In this document: positions 1 to 14,058 of the stretch, one piece after another
Layout: every line of letters begins with the position of its first letter
How positions within the stretch are numbered: position 1 is the stretch's first letter
Assembly: GCA_046290465.1 (NCBI GenBank)
Contig: JBKAGP010000001.1
Coordinates: forward strand, 1,408,001-1,472,000
DNA: 64,000 nucleotides
Direction of reading: 5' to 3'
Source of the DNA: Planctomycetota bacterium
Lineage (GTDB): Bacteria; Planctomycetota; UBA1135; UBA2386
Notes under the pieces: generated by a model
The model's database searches: none
What the model was told of the DNA's origin: nothing
The model's input: only the letters and a program-made list of their open reading frames with translations
Program-made: the position numbers and the translations under genes

Positions 1-2
1 AC

Positions 3-2756
<2,754 letters not shown>

Positions 2757-2768
2757 GCCGGCGCGGTG

Positions 2769-4742
2769 CTACCAGCCCATCGCCGCACGCACCTGCTCCA
2801 CCAACGGGTCCGTCACCACTTCGGTGCCGACACGCGCTGGCAGCCCATCCCAATGCGCCAGAGACTTCTGCAGCTGCTTCCGATGCCGCGCGGCTTGCTC
2901 CTCCTTCGGCGGGCTGCATCGTTGCGCGCATTCGTAGCAGAGGTAGTTGCGCGCGACCCAGTCGCGCGTCGCGGACCGATCGGCGTCTTCGAGCGGCTCT
3001 AGCAGTTCGTCGCAGTCCCGGAAGCGCTGATAGGCGCGCTCGTAGAGCCCGAGGTCGCGATAGAGGTTGGCTACTCCGTTGAAGACGTCTCCCTGGTCGA
3101 CCGCCCACGCGAGGCCAAGCTGGAGCCGCGCCAACTGCGCATCACGATCGACCTGCTCCAGCAATTCGATCGTGGCCTGCCGTTGCTCGAGCTGCCTCTC
3201 GGTCAAGGCCGCACGCAGCATGGCCCGCATGCGGTTGCTCCGGTACAGCACGTCGTCGGGCCGCTGCTCCAGCAGCTCGTCGTTGCGAGCGATCGCTCGC
3301 GCGAACAGCGGTCGTGCCAGACGATGTTCTCCGAGGGTGAACTGGATCAGGCCGAGCGCGTCGGCTACGAGGCTGTCGGCGTAGGCGAGATCCTCGTCGT
3401 TCGGAGATTCCGCCGCCAGACGCTGCAGGCGCTCGTTGGTGTCGTCGAGGCTCGCGCGTAGCTGCACGTCCTGCCGGTAGCCGTTGGCGAGGCCGCGCTC
3501 ATCGGCAGCGGCCTGCGCGTCGTGGCGGGCAGCGCCGTTCAGCACATGGGCCAGCGTCACAGCAACATCCGCCAGCTGCGCCGAGGACTCCGCCTGCGCG
3601 CGCCAGCTGCGTGCCGCCTCGAACGAGAGCACCGTCGCCAGCAGCAGCAAGAGCGCGACCAGCCCCACCCCACCGACGGCGTACGGGCGACGACGCGCCG
3701 CGCGCACCCAGCGGGTCACCGGCCCGACATGCCTCGCCTGCACCGGCTCACCGGCCATCACGCGGTCGAGGTCATCGGCAAACTGCGCCGCGGATGCGTA
3801 GCGCCTGGCGCCTTGCTTGCTGAGCGCCATGTCCACACAGGCGGCCAGCTCGGGGCCGACCACGGGGTTCAGCGCGCGCAGGTCCGGCGGCTCCGAGGAT
3901 CGGATGGCAGCGCGGATGGCATCGGGGGACGGCCCTTCGAATGGCCGCTGTCCCGCCAGCAACTCGAACAACAGCACGCCGGTCGCCCAGATGTCGACGG
4001 CGGCGTCCATCGTGCGGCCGTCGAACTGCTCGGGCGCCATGTAGTAGGGCGTGCCGACCACGTCGGCCGTGCGGCTCAACGAGTTGTCGGCCTCGTCACA
4101 CACCGCCGCGAACCCGAAGTCGATCAGGACGACCCGACCACGCTCATCGACCATCACGTTGGCCGGCTTGACGTCCCGGTGCACGACGCCCTGGTCGTGC
4201 GCCGCGGCCAACGCACGCAGGATCGACACGGCGATCCGGCACACCTGGCGCACGCCGACGGCGTCGGGCACGACCGCAGGCTTCTCTCGGTCGGCCAGCG
4301 ACGCACCATCGATCCACTCCATGGCGAGGAAGTGCACGCCGTCATGCTCGCCGTGGCCGTAGACCCGCGCGATGCCGTCGTGCTCCAACATCTGCACGAT
4401 GTCGGCCTCGCGCGCGAACCGCCGCACGCGCCGCTCCTCGAGCGCCGCCTTCAACACCTTCAGCGCCACCAGCCGGTCGCGCGCGGGGGTCAACGCGCTG
4501 TAGACGATCGACGTGCCACCGCTGCCGACCTGGCGCAGCAGTTCGTACCCGGCGAGCTGGCGCCCGGCTACGCCTTCGACCGGCGTACCGGTCAGCGCGG
4601 CATACTCGTCGGCCAGCTCGCGCGCACAGTGCGGAAACCGGGCCTGGTAGTACTCGACCGGCCGCAACGCCCCGGACTTGCGGTCGCGTTCGAACTCGTC
4701 GAAGAACCGCATCAGGTAGACCTCCAACGGCAGCGCGCTCAT
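2769..4742 (-). CDS. Ser/Thr protein kinase with a TM segment and TPR-like C-terminus
   Basis: GSGGTSIV, VALK, HRDVKPAN, DFG and GTPYYMAPE motifs; hydrophobic segment; 4-bp overlap with the upstream sigma-like gene. Confidence 0.93.
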   Translation of the reverse strand: MSALPLEVYLMRFFDEFERDRKSGALRPVEYYQARFPHCARELADEYAALTGTPVEGVAGRQLAGYELLRQVGSGGTSIVYSALTPARDRLVALKVLKAALEERRVRRFAREADIVQMLEHDGIARVYGHGEHDGVHFLAMEWIDGASLADREKPAVVPDAVGVRQVCRIAVSILRALAAAHDQGVVHRDVKPANVMVDERGRVVLIDFGFAAVCDEADNSLSRTADVVGTPYYMAPEQFDGRTMDAAVDIWATGVLLFELLAGQRPFEGPSPDAIRAAIRSSEPPDLRALNPVVGPELAACVDMALSKQGARRYASAAQFADDLDRVMAGEPVQARHVGPVTRWVRAARRRPYAVGGVGLVALLLLLATVLSFEAARSWRAQAESSAQLADVAVTLAHVLNGAARHDAQAAADERGLANGYRQDVQLRASLDDTNERLQRLAAESPNDEDLAYADSLVADALGLIQFTLGEHRLARPLFARAIARNDELLEQRPDDVLYRSNRMRAMLRAALTERQLEQRQATIELLEQVDRDAQLARLQLGLAWAVDQGDVFNGVANLYRDLGLYERAYQRFRDCDELLEPLEDADRSATRDWVARNYLCYECAQRCSPPKEEQAARHRKQLQKSLAHWDGLPARVGTEVVTDPLVEQVRAAMGW

Positions 4743-5425
4743 TCTGCGCCCTCCTCGCGCGCGGGCTCGGCGACGTCGTCCACGGACGCCGGCTCGACGC
4801 CCAGGCCCAACCGCTCGAGCACCGCGAGCTCACTCAGGGCCCGCTGGACCCGCTTGCGTGCCGCCGGCACCGTGAGCCCCACGCGCGGCGCGAGCTGCGC
4901 GTAGGGCACCTCGAGCATCCAGCCGTGCAGCAGTTCGCGGTCGACGGCATCGCGACCATCGACGAGGGCACGCAGGCGCTGCTGCTGTTCGTGCACGACC
5001 GCCTTGCTCATCACGCTGCGCGTGTCGGCGGCTATGCCTTCCTGGAAGGAGGTCGGAACCTGCTCACGCGACTTCCGGATGGCTGCCTGCAGCACGCGCC
5101 AGAACACGTTGCGGACCGTGGAGCGGAGGTAGCCGACGAACACAGGTGCCAGCCGGCCATCCTGCTTCGCCTCGATCGACCATCCGTGTTTGCAGAGTAT
5201 GTACCACACCTCCTGCACGAGGTCCTCGGGCGACATCCCCCGGGACAGCTGATCGCGGGTGTAGTGTGGGCAGGTACCGAACGCGACCTCGGCAAATGCC
5301 GCCACGCAGCCGCCGAAGTGCTGCGCGCACCACTCACGCGCGCCCTGGTCGCCGCCGACCGCACGCTCGATCTGCCGTTGCTCTTCGTGTTCGTCCGGTC
5401 CCATCAACACCTCCGCAGGCACCAT
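4739..5425 (-). CDS. Divergent ECF-type sigma factor
   Basis: Region 2-like PEDLVQEVW and region 4-like PYAQLAPRVGLTVPAARKRVQRA; translationally coupled to the kinase. Start could be the Met at 5404. Confidence 0.75.
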   Translation of the reverse strand: MVPAEVLMGPDEHEEQRQIERAVGGDQGAREWCAQHFGGCVAAFAEVAFGTCPHYTRDQLSRGMSPEDLVQEVWYILCKHGWSIEAKQDGRLAPVFVGYLRSTVRNVFWRVLQAAIRKSREQVPTSFQEGIAADTRSVMSKAVVHEQQQRLRALVDGRDAVDRELLHGWMLEVPYAQLAPRVGLTVPAARKRVQRALSELAVLERLGLGVEPASVDDVAEPAREEGAE

Positions 5426-5439
5426 CGCCAGGCCGCAAT

Positions 5440-5461
5440 TCTATCGCGATAGAGAATTCTC
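5440..5461. promoter_or_regulatory. Overlapping AT-rich palindromes between divergent genes
   Basis: TCTATCGCGATAGA (5440-5453) and GAGAATTCTC (5452-5461) are perfect palindromes; the first overlaps a minus-strand TAGAAT -10-like hexamer. Confidence 0.45.
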
Positions 5462-5571
5462 GTCACGGCCGGGGCACGCCGGAGATGGATGGGGCGTCGG
5501 GCGCACGCGGCTGCAGGTCGCGGCGGCGTGCACCACGGCGTCATCCCTGACAGGTCCTTCCACGAATCACC

Positions 5572-6561
5572 ATGCAACCCATCGCGATCTTCCCATCCGC
5601 GTTCGCCAGCTTCGGGCTCGCCAGCTTCGTGCTTGCCAGCTTCGGGCTCGCCTGGGCCGCGCCCGCCTCCGCGCAGGCATGCGTCCCCTACTGTGCCGCC
5701 AGCGCATCCAGCGCCTGCTGTTCCAACACCGGAACGCTCAAGGAGTACATCAGCTCCGTCAGCATCGCCGGCATGACCCAGTCGACCAACTTCGGGATCA
5801 GCTGTCCCGGCGGCTACAACGGCTACCGCGACTACACCAACCGCATCGTCAACGTCGCAGTCGGCGGCACCTTCACGCTGACGCTCGGCGCCACGGTCCC
5901 CAACCAGCCGCTGTGCTCGACGTTCACGCCGTTCTGCCGGGTCTGGTTCGACTGGGACGGCGACGGCGTCTTCGCGACCGGCGAACAGACCGACGTGCCG
6001 CGCATCGGCAACACCCTGGTCTACGCGACCAACATCACGGTGCCGGCCAACGCCGTCGACTACACGCGCATGCGCGTCGGCTCGGCCTGGCCGGGACCGC
6101 CGCCGCCGTGCGGGGTGATCTTCAACGCCGCCAGCTTCCAGGACTTCACCGTGCTGGTCGCGGGCGGCGCCCCTGCGGGCCGCGTCGTCTACGGCGCCGG
6201 CCACCCGGGCACCAACGGCATCCCCGCGATCGGCGCCAGCCAGGTGCCGAGCGTCGGCAACGCCGCCTTCGAACTCGAGGTCTCGGGCGCGTTCCCCAAC
6301 TCGCTCGGGGTGCTCGGGGTCGGTGACGGCCAGGGAGCGACCCCGCTGTTCGGCGGCACACTGCTGCTGGACGTCAACCAGACGATCCACGTGCTCGGCG
6401 CCGCCATCGACGCGGCCGGCGACGGCGTGGTCCCGGTGCCGCTGCCCAACCAGCCGGCGCTGCTCTGCTCGACCTTCTTCTGCCAATGGCTGGTCCTCGA
6501 TCCGGGCGCCAGCCAGCAGTTTGCGTTCACGCCGGGCCTGCGGCTCGACATCCGCGAATGA
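5572..6561 (+). CDS. Secreted protein with a GEVED-like domain and a C-terminal beta-rich domain
   Basis: Signal peptide ending ASA-Q. EYISSVSI...GYRDYT...RVWFDWDGDGVF..GE...TRMRV resembles the GEVED domain. Confidence 0.75.
   Translation: MQPIAIFPSAFASFGLASFVLASFGLAWAAPASAQACVPYCAASASSACCSNTGTLKEYISSVSIAGMTQSTNFGISCPGGYNGYRDYTNRIVNVAVGGTFTLTLGATVPNQPLCSTFTPFCRVWFDWDGDGVFATGEQTDVPRIGNTLVYATNITVPANAVDYTRMRVGSAWPGPPPPCGVIFNAASFQDFTVLVAGGAPAGRVVYGAGHPGTNGIPAIGASQVPSVGNAAFELEVSGAFPNSLGVLGVGDGQGATPLFGGTLLLDVNQTIHVLGAAIDAAGDGVVPVPLPNQPALLCSTFFCQWLVLDPGASQQFAFTPGLRLDIRE
5605..5649 (+). repeat. 3 x 15-bp in-frame tandem repeat in a signal peptide (ASFGL/ASFVL/ASFGL)
   Basis: gccagcttcgggctc gccagcttcgtgctt gccagcttcgggctc. 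Confidence 0.85.
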
Positions 6562-6646
6562 CCGATCGTCCGGCCGCCGGCGCGCGTCGCGGCCACGCTG
6601 CTACCCCCTGACCCGGATCGAATCGATCCACAACCCCTGAACCCCA

Positions 6647-7021
6647 ATGCGAAACGCCTTCGTCACCCTGTTCTGCTCCGTCGCCCTGGTCGGCTCGATC
6701 GCCGCCCAGAACGAGAGCCGCATCCGCTGCGTCGCCAGCAACACCACCGTCATCGGTCCAGCTCACGGCCAACTGCGCTTCACCTGCACCGGCTTCCTCG
6801 GCGACCAGGTGTTGATCTTCAACGGCTTCGGCATCCCGACGGTGCAAGGCACGATCGGGCAGCTGCGCAACCACCCGAACGTGCGCAAGACCGTGCTGCA
6901 CTCGGGCGGCCAGACCAGCCTGCGCTTCCAGTTCGTGAACCGTCCCGACCTGAACCAGGGTCAGGTCTACATCCTGCGCGGCAACCTGCTGATCGACCAG
7001 GACCCGATCCAGCTCTACTAG
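6647..7021 (+). CDS. Small secreted hypothetical protein
   Basis: Signal peptide (SIAA-Q) and GC3-rich coding-like codon usage. Confidence 0.75.
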   Translation: MRNAFVTLFCSVALVGSIAAQNESRIRCVASNTTVIGPAHGQLRFTCTGFLGDQVLIFNGFGIPTVQGTIGQLRNHPNVRKTVLHSGGQTSLRFQFVNRPDLNQGQVYILRGNLLIDQDPIQLY

Positions 7022-7291
7022 CTCCGCGTCTCGAACGGCCCTTCGCCCCTCCCGTGCCGGCCAGGAGTCTCGGCGCCTCCCGGCCGGCGTTCCCGATCGC
7101 CCCCGCGAACCATCGGCACGATCGCGTTCCAGGGGCTGGCGTTCACCAGCCTGCTCGACCTGGCGCTCACCCAGGCGCGCGAGATCGACTGCTGAGGCAC
7201 GCCAGCGGAGGCTCGCTACCAATCACCCTCTGGCATGCTCCCGGGGACCTGCCGGCCCGCCGCGGCTGGACCTTCTCACGCGTCGCCGGAT

Positions 7292-7990
7292 CTACCGCTT
7301 GTCGGCGCTCGCCTCGGCCGCCGCCGGCTTGACGATCTCGACCGGCACGTTGCTGCGCGCGACGTTGCTGCCGTCGAGCCCGCTCATCGCGTTCGACATC
7401 GTGATCTGCAGCGCGCGGCCGATCAGACGGTAGGGACTGACCGGCTTGACCTGCAGCTCGGTGCGCTGGCGGTTGCCGTAGACGTGGTCGTGCCAGAGCG
7501 GCCGTTCGCCGTCGGCAGCGGCCGGACCGAGCACCTCGATGCGCAGACCGACCTCGGCGAACGTCAGCGAGCCCGCCATGCCCTCCTTGGCGCCGACGGT
7601 GAACATCACCAGGCTCGGCTTCAGGATGATCGTCTCCGGCGTCGCCTGGTCGACGAAGCCGCCGAACAGCTCGCTGCGCTCGAGCTGCCGGTCGAGCACC
7701 TCGCTGATCATGTCGGCGACCGGGCGCTCCCAGAAGTCGTCGGTCCCGTACTGGATCGGAAAGCCGCGCTCGTGCAGCGGCAGCACCGAGCCGTCGCGTT
7801 CGTCCTTGATCGGCGCCACGAACACCGGCACGTCCCCCGGTGCCTTGGTGACGAACGGCACGTCGGCGTAGAACAGCTCGTTGGTGGCGAGGTCGGCGGT
7901 GTAGTCGAACGCCCCGCAGCCCGACAGCAGCGCGGCGAACAGGACGAGAGAGAGACCCCGGAACGTGGCCACAGGGAGGGTGCGCGTCAT
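7292..7990 (-). CDS. Lipoprotein of unknown function
   Basis: Start MTRTLP at 7990; lipobox LLSGC. Confidence 0.75.
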   Translation of the reverse strand: MTRTLPVATFRGLSLVLFAALLSGCGAFDYTADLATNELFYADVPFVTKAPGDVPVFVAPIKDERDGSVLPLHERGFPIQYGTDDFWERPVADMISEVLDRQLERSELFGGFVDQATPETIILKPSLVMFTVGAKEGMAGSLTFAEVGLRIEVLGPAAADGERPLWHDHVYGNRQRTELQVKPVSPYRLIGRALQITMSNAMSGLDGSNVARSNVPVEIVKPAAAEASADKR

Positions 7991-8127
7991 CACGTCGGTG
8001 CCATCGGCAGATCGGCACCGGGACCTCAAGGCCGACCGCCGATCCGGGCCGTTTTTGCCTGCCACCCCGCCATTGGGTAGAACCCAGCAAGGGCACGGGC
8101 CGGATCCCGGCCGCCCCACCCAACTCC

Positions 8128-10902
<2,775 letters not shown>

Positions 10903-10911
10903 ACCGACCGG

Positions 10912-11781
10912 ATGACGCTGCACAGCGACCGAAAGACCCCCAACACCGACTTCGGCCGCCCCGAGGCAGGTCTGCGCCGCCGGCTGCACGACGTCATCTT
11001 CGGCATCCACACGCCGGCCGGTCGCGCGTTCGACATCGCGCTGATCTCGCTGATCGCGATCAGTGTGCTGGTCGTGATGATCGACAGCGTCGGCGACGTG
11101 CACGAGCGCTACGGCACGCTGTTCGACACCCTCGAGTGGACCTTCACGATCCTGTTCTCGCTCGAGTACCTGGCCCGGCTCTACTGCGTCGAACGCCGCG
11201 GCCGCTACGCCCGCAGCTTCTTCGGCGTCGTCGACCTGCTGGCGATCGTGCCGACCTACTTCGCGCTGCTGGCCCCGGCCGTGTCGGTGCTGGTCGACGT
11301 GCGCGTGCTGCGCCTGCTGCGCGTGTTCCGGGTGCTGCGGCTCGGCAAGTTCGTCGCCGAGTTCGGCGCGCTCGGTCGCGCGCTGGCGGCGTCGCGGCAC
11401 AAGATCTTCGTGTTCCTGTTCTTCGTCGTGATCGTCGTGCTGATCATCGGCACGCTGATGTACGTCGTCGAAGGCGAGGAGAACGGCTTCTCGTCGATCC
11501 CGATCGGCGTCTACTGGGCGATCACGACGATGACCACGGTCGGCTTCGGCGACGTCACGCCGCAGACCGACGTCGGCCGCTTCATCGCGTCGATCATGAT
11601 GCTGCTCGGCTGGGGCACGCTGGCGGTGCCGACGGGCATCGTCAGCTCGGAGTTCACCGCGGAGCGCCTCGGTCGACGCAAGCGCACCGTCGCCTGCAAC
11701 CACTGCGGCCACGAGGAGGCCGACCAGGACGCCCGCTTCTGCAAGCGCTGCGGCACCGTTCTGCCGGAGCCCGCACCATGA
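10912..11781 (+). CDS. 6-TM potassium channel family protein with a C-terminal zinc ribbon
   Basis: S4-like RVLRLLRVFRVLRL, selectivity filter TTVGFGD, CNHC...CKRC. Confidence 0.92.
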   Translation: MTLHSDRKTPNTDFGRPEAGLRRRLHDVIFGIHTPAGRAFDIALISLIAISVLVVMIDSVGDVHERYGTLFDTLEWTFTILFSLEYLARLYCVERRGRYARSFFGVVDLLAIVPTYFALLAPAVSVLVDVRVLRLLRVFRVLRLGKFVAEFGALGRALAASRHKIFVFLFFVVIVVLIIGTLMYVVEGEENGFSSIPIGVYWAITTMTTVGFGDVTPQTDVGRFIASIMMLLGWGTLAVPTGIVSSEFTAERLGRRKRTVACNHCGHEEADQDARFCKRCGTVLPEPAP

Positions 11782-12743
11782 ACCCCACCACCCTGCTGCG
11801 TCCGTCGTCGTCACTGCTGGCCATGCTCTGCGTCGTGCTGCTGGTCGTACTGTTCGCCGGGGCCTCGTGCCGGACCGCACCCCGGCCAACCAGAGGACTC
11901 GGCGAAGGACTCGGCGAACGACTCGCCGAACGGCTCGCGCAATTCGACGGCGAGGTCGGCATCTACGTGCACCACCTCGACAACGGTCAGACCGTCGCGA
12001 TCGACGCCGACCGGACGTTCCCGACCGCCAGCATGATCAAGGTGCCGATCCTCGGCGCGCTGTTCGACCGCATCGAGCGCGGCGAGCTCGGCTACCGCGA
12101 CAAGCTGACCTACACCGCCGACCGCCTCTACGCCGGTGAGGACCTGCTCGGATCGTTCGCCGACGGCCAACCGATCACGCTCGACAAGCTGGCGTTCCTG
12201 ATGATCACGACCAGCGACAACACCGCGTCGCTGTGGTGCCAGGAGCTGGCCGGCACCGGCACCGCGATCAACGCGTGGCTGCAGCAGAACGGCTTCGAGG
12301 GTACCCGCGTCAACTCGCGCACCGACGGTCGCGAGGCGGACCGCAAGCGCTACGGCTGGGGCCAGACGACGCCACGCGAGATGGCCCGGTTGCTGGTGCT
12401 TATCCGCGACCGCCAGCTGGTCTCCCCCGCCGCCAGCGAGGAGATGGCGCGCTGCCTCGCCCGGATCTACTGGGACGGCGAAGCGCTGGCGCCGATCCCG
12501 CCGGACGTCGCGACGATGAGCAAGCAGGGCGCCGTCAGCGCCTCGCGCAGCGAAGTCGTGCTGGTGCACGCGCCGCACGGCGACTACGTCTTCTGCGTGA
12601 TCACCAACGGCCAGCGCGACCGCTCGTGGCAGCACGACAACGACGGCTTCGTGCTGTTGCGCGACGTTTCGCGAATCTTGTGGCAGCACTTCGAACCCGG
12701 GCGGCCCTACAGCCCGCCCGCGGGCACGGAGAGATACCGATGA
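11778..12743 (+). CDS. Class A beta-lactamase-like serine hydrolase, possibly a lipoprotein
   Basis: SxxK (ASMIKV), SDN, and KQG at the KTG position; ATGA overlap with the channel gene. Confidence 0.88.
   Translation: MNPTTLLRPSSSLLAMLCVVLLVVLFAGASCRTAPRPTRGLGEGLGERLAERLAQFDGEVGIYVHHLDNGQTVAIDADRTFPTASMIKVPILGALFDRIERGELGYRDKLTYTADRLYAGEDLLGSFADGQPITLDKLAFLMITTSDNTASLWCQELAGTGTAINAWLQQNGFEGTRVNSRTDGREADRKRYGWGQTTPREMARLLVLIRDRQLVSPAASEEMARCLARIYWDGEALAPIPPDVATMSKQGAVSASRSEVVLVHAPHGDYVFCVITNGQRDRSWQHDNDGFVLLRDVSRILWQHFEPGRPYSPPAGTERYR
11895..11942 (+). repeat. Degenerate 4 x 12-bp in-frame repeat (GLGE GLGE RLAE RLAQ)
   Basis: ggactcggcgaa x2, cgactcgccgaa, cggctcgcgcaa. Confidence 0.7.
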
Positions 12744-13780
12744 ACCGACGCACCCCGGCGGCGCTGCTCGCGCTGGCCACGTTCGCGCTGCTGCTGCCGT
12801 CCCAGGACGAGGTCCGGCGCCCGGCGCCACAGCCCACCCAGCCAGGCGTGCGCCTGACCTACGAGTTGCCAGTCGACACGCTGCAGCGCCAGCTGCAGCG
12901 CACCCCCGACCAGGATCTCGAGCAGGTGCTCGCCGGCATCGTGCGCACGATGCAGGCGCGGCTGGGCGCGCTCGGAACGGTGACGCGGCACCAGGCCACC
13001 GGCTTCACGATCGACATCCAGGAGGCATCGCCCGAGGTGCTCGCGCGCGTCGAGCGCCGCGTCGCCATCGCCGGCCGCCTCGAGATGTGGATCGTCGCCG
13101 ACGGCCGCTACCGCGAGGCCGACCTCGCCCTCGAGCAGGAGCAGAAGCACCTGCTCGCCTGGCTCGCCGACGGCAATCGCGAGCGCGTGCAGAAGGACCC
13201 GCGCGCCGTCGCCGACTTGCCGCGACGGGAACGCAGCCAGGTCCGCTGGGTGCCGCGCGTAATCCGGCCGCACCAGGCCGCGGGCCAGCCGGGCCGCTGG
13301 CACCACCCGCTCAGCAAGATGGGCGGCGACCCGTTCCGCTACGTCGTGCCGGTCTTCGACGAGGGACAGTGGAACGGCGGCGCGGTGCCGGTCGCGATGC
13401 AGAACGCCGACGATCCGTTCCTGGTCGAACTGGTGCCGCTCAACCTGCACGCGGCGTCGTTCTCCGATCGCGACCTCGACGGCGACAAGATCGCGATCGG
13501 TGCGGGCCGCAACGGCAGGCCCGCCATTCGCTACACGCTGCTCGCCGACCGGCGCCGTGCCTACGCCGACTGGAGCGGCCGCTTCACCGGCAGCGCCAGC
13601 GGCGTCGTGCTGGACGGGGTGCTGGTGACGGCCCCCGTCTTCCTCAGCAAGATCCCCGGCGCCGGCATCCTCGAGGGCGACTACTCCCGACGCCAGGCCG
13701 AGGACCTCGTCTCGGTGCTGAAGTCGCGCGGCCTGCCGGCCGCCCCCCAGCTGGTCGCCAAGGAAGCTCTGCGCGACTAG
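12740..13780 (+). CDS. Secreted protein resembling the SecD/SecDF periplasmic P1 domain
   Basis: Signal peptide; GVRLTYEL; GVVLDGVLVTAPVFLSKIPGAGILEGDYS..QAEDLVSVLKSRGLP matches the SecD P1-head pattern; no downstream TM helices. Confidence 0.7.
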   Translation: MNRRTPAALLALATFALLLPSQDEVRRPAPQPTQPGVRLTYELPVDTLQRQLQRTPDQDLEQVLAGIVRTMQARLGALGTVTRHQATGFTIDIQEASPEVLARVERRVAIAGRLEMWIVADGRYREADLALEQEQKHLLAWLADGNRERVQKDPRAVADLPRRERSQVRWVPRVIRPHQAAGQPGRWHHPLSKMGGDPFRYVVPVFDEGQWNGGAVPVAMQNADDPFLVELVPLNLHAASFSDRDLDGDKIAIGAGRNGRPAIRYTLLADRRRAYADWSGRFTGSASGVVLDGVLVTAPVFLSKIPGAGILEGDYSRRQAEDLVSVLKSRGLPAAPQLVAKEALRD

Positions 13781-13863
13781 GAGCGCGTCCATGTAGTGGA
13801 CGCGCTGCCGACCGTGATCGCGGAAGCGGCGTGTACGCGTGCGGACGGGGCTTTGCCCGCTAG
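13777..13863 (+). repeat. 83-bp CTAG-bounded structured repeat, family A, single copy
   Basis: CTAG-GAGCGCGTCCATGTAGTGGACGCGCT...GCTTTGCCCG-CTAG; recurs at 54644-54898 and 61593-61675. Confidence 0.95.
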
Positions 13864-13934
13864 TGGCGAACGGATCCGGGTCGGACCCCGCCCTGCCGCA
13901 ACGCCGTTCCGCGCGACCTTTCTACGGGCGACCC

Positions 13935-13960
13935 GCAACGCTCACCGTCGGCCGGCCGTT
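13935..13960 (+). promoter_or_regulatory. Candidate ECF-sigma promoter GCAAC-N17-CGTT
   Basis: gcaac at 13935-13939 and cgtt at 13957-13960; fits the general ECF AAC/CGT pattern. Confidence 0.35.
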
Positions 13961-13965
13961 CCTCT

Positions 13966-14051
13966 GACCGGACGAGACGAGTGGCTCCTGAGGGGGAGCC
14001 GAGAGATGGACACGAGCGCCGCGGCCTGGACAGCCGCGGCGCTTTCTTGTT
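13966..14051 (+). ncRNA. Candidate small RNA of about 85 nt
   Basis: Purine-rich intergenic tract with hairpin GGCTCC/GGAGCC, lying between a promoter-like motif and an intrinsic terminator. Confidence 0.3.
14015..14051 (+). terminator. Rho-independent terminator
   Basis: 11-bp stem AGCGCCGCGGC/GCCGCGGCGCT, 7-nt loop, followed by TTCTTGTT. Confidence 0.8.
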
Positions 14052-14058
14052 GCCCCTG

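Noticed and set aside
7019..7195. TAG readthrough or pyrrolysine recoding
   Set aside because: The codons right after the TAG are not coding-like, no pyl genes are seen, and conserved proteins such as ValS and AcnA end normally at TAG.
11778..12743. Acquired antibiotic-resistance beta-lactamase
   Set aside because: KQG replaces KTG, no clear omega-loop ExxLN, native codon usage and no mobile context.
13960..14050. Hammerhead ribozyme or known riboswitch
   Set aside because: No CUGANGA plus GAAA core and no aptamer I recognise; there is also no downstream same-strand gene.
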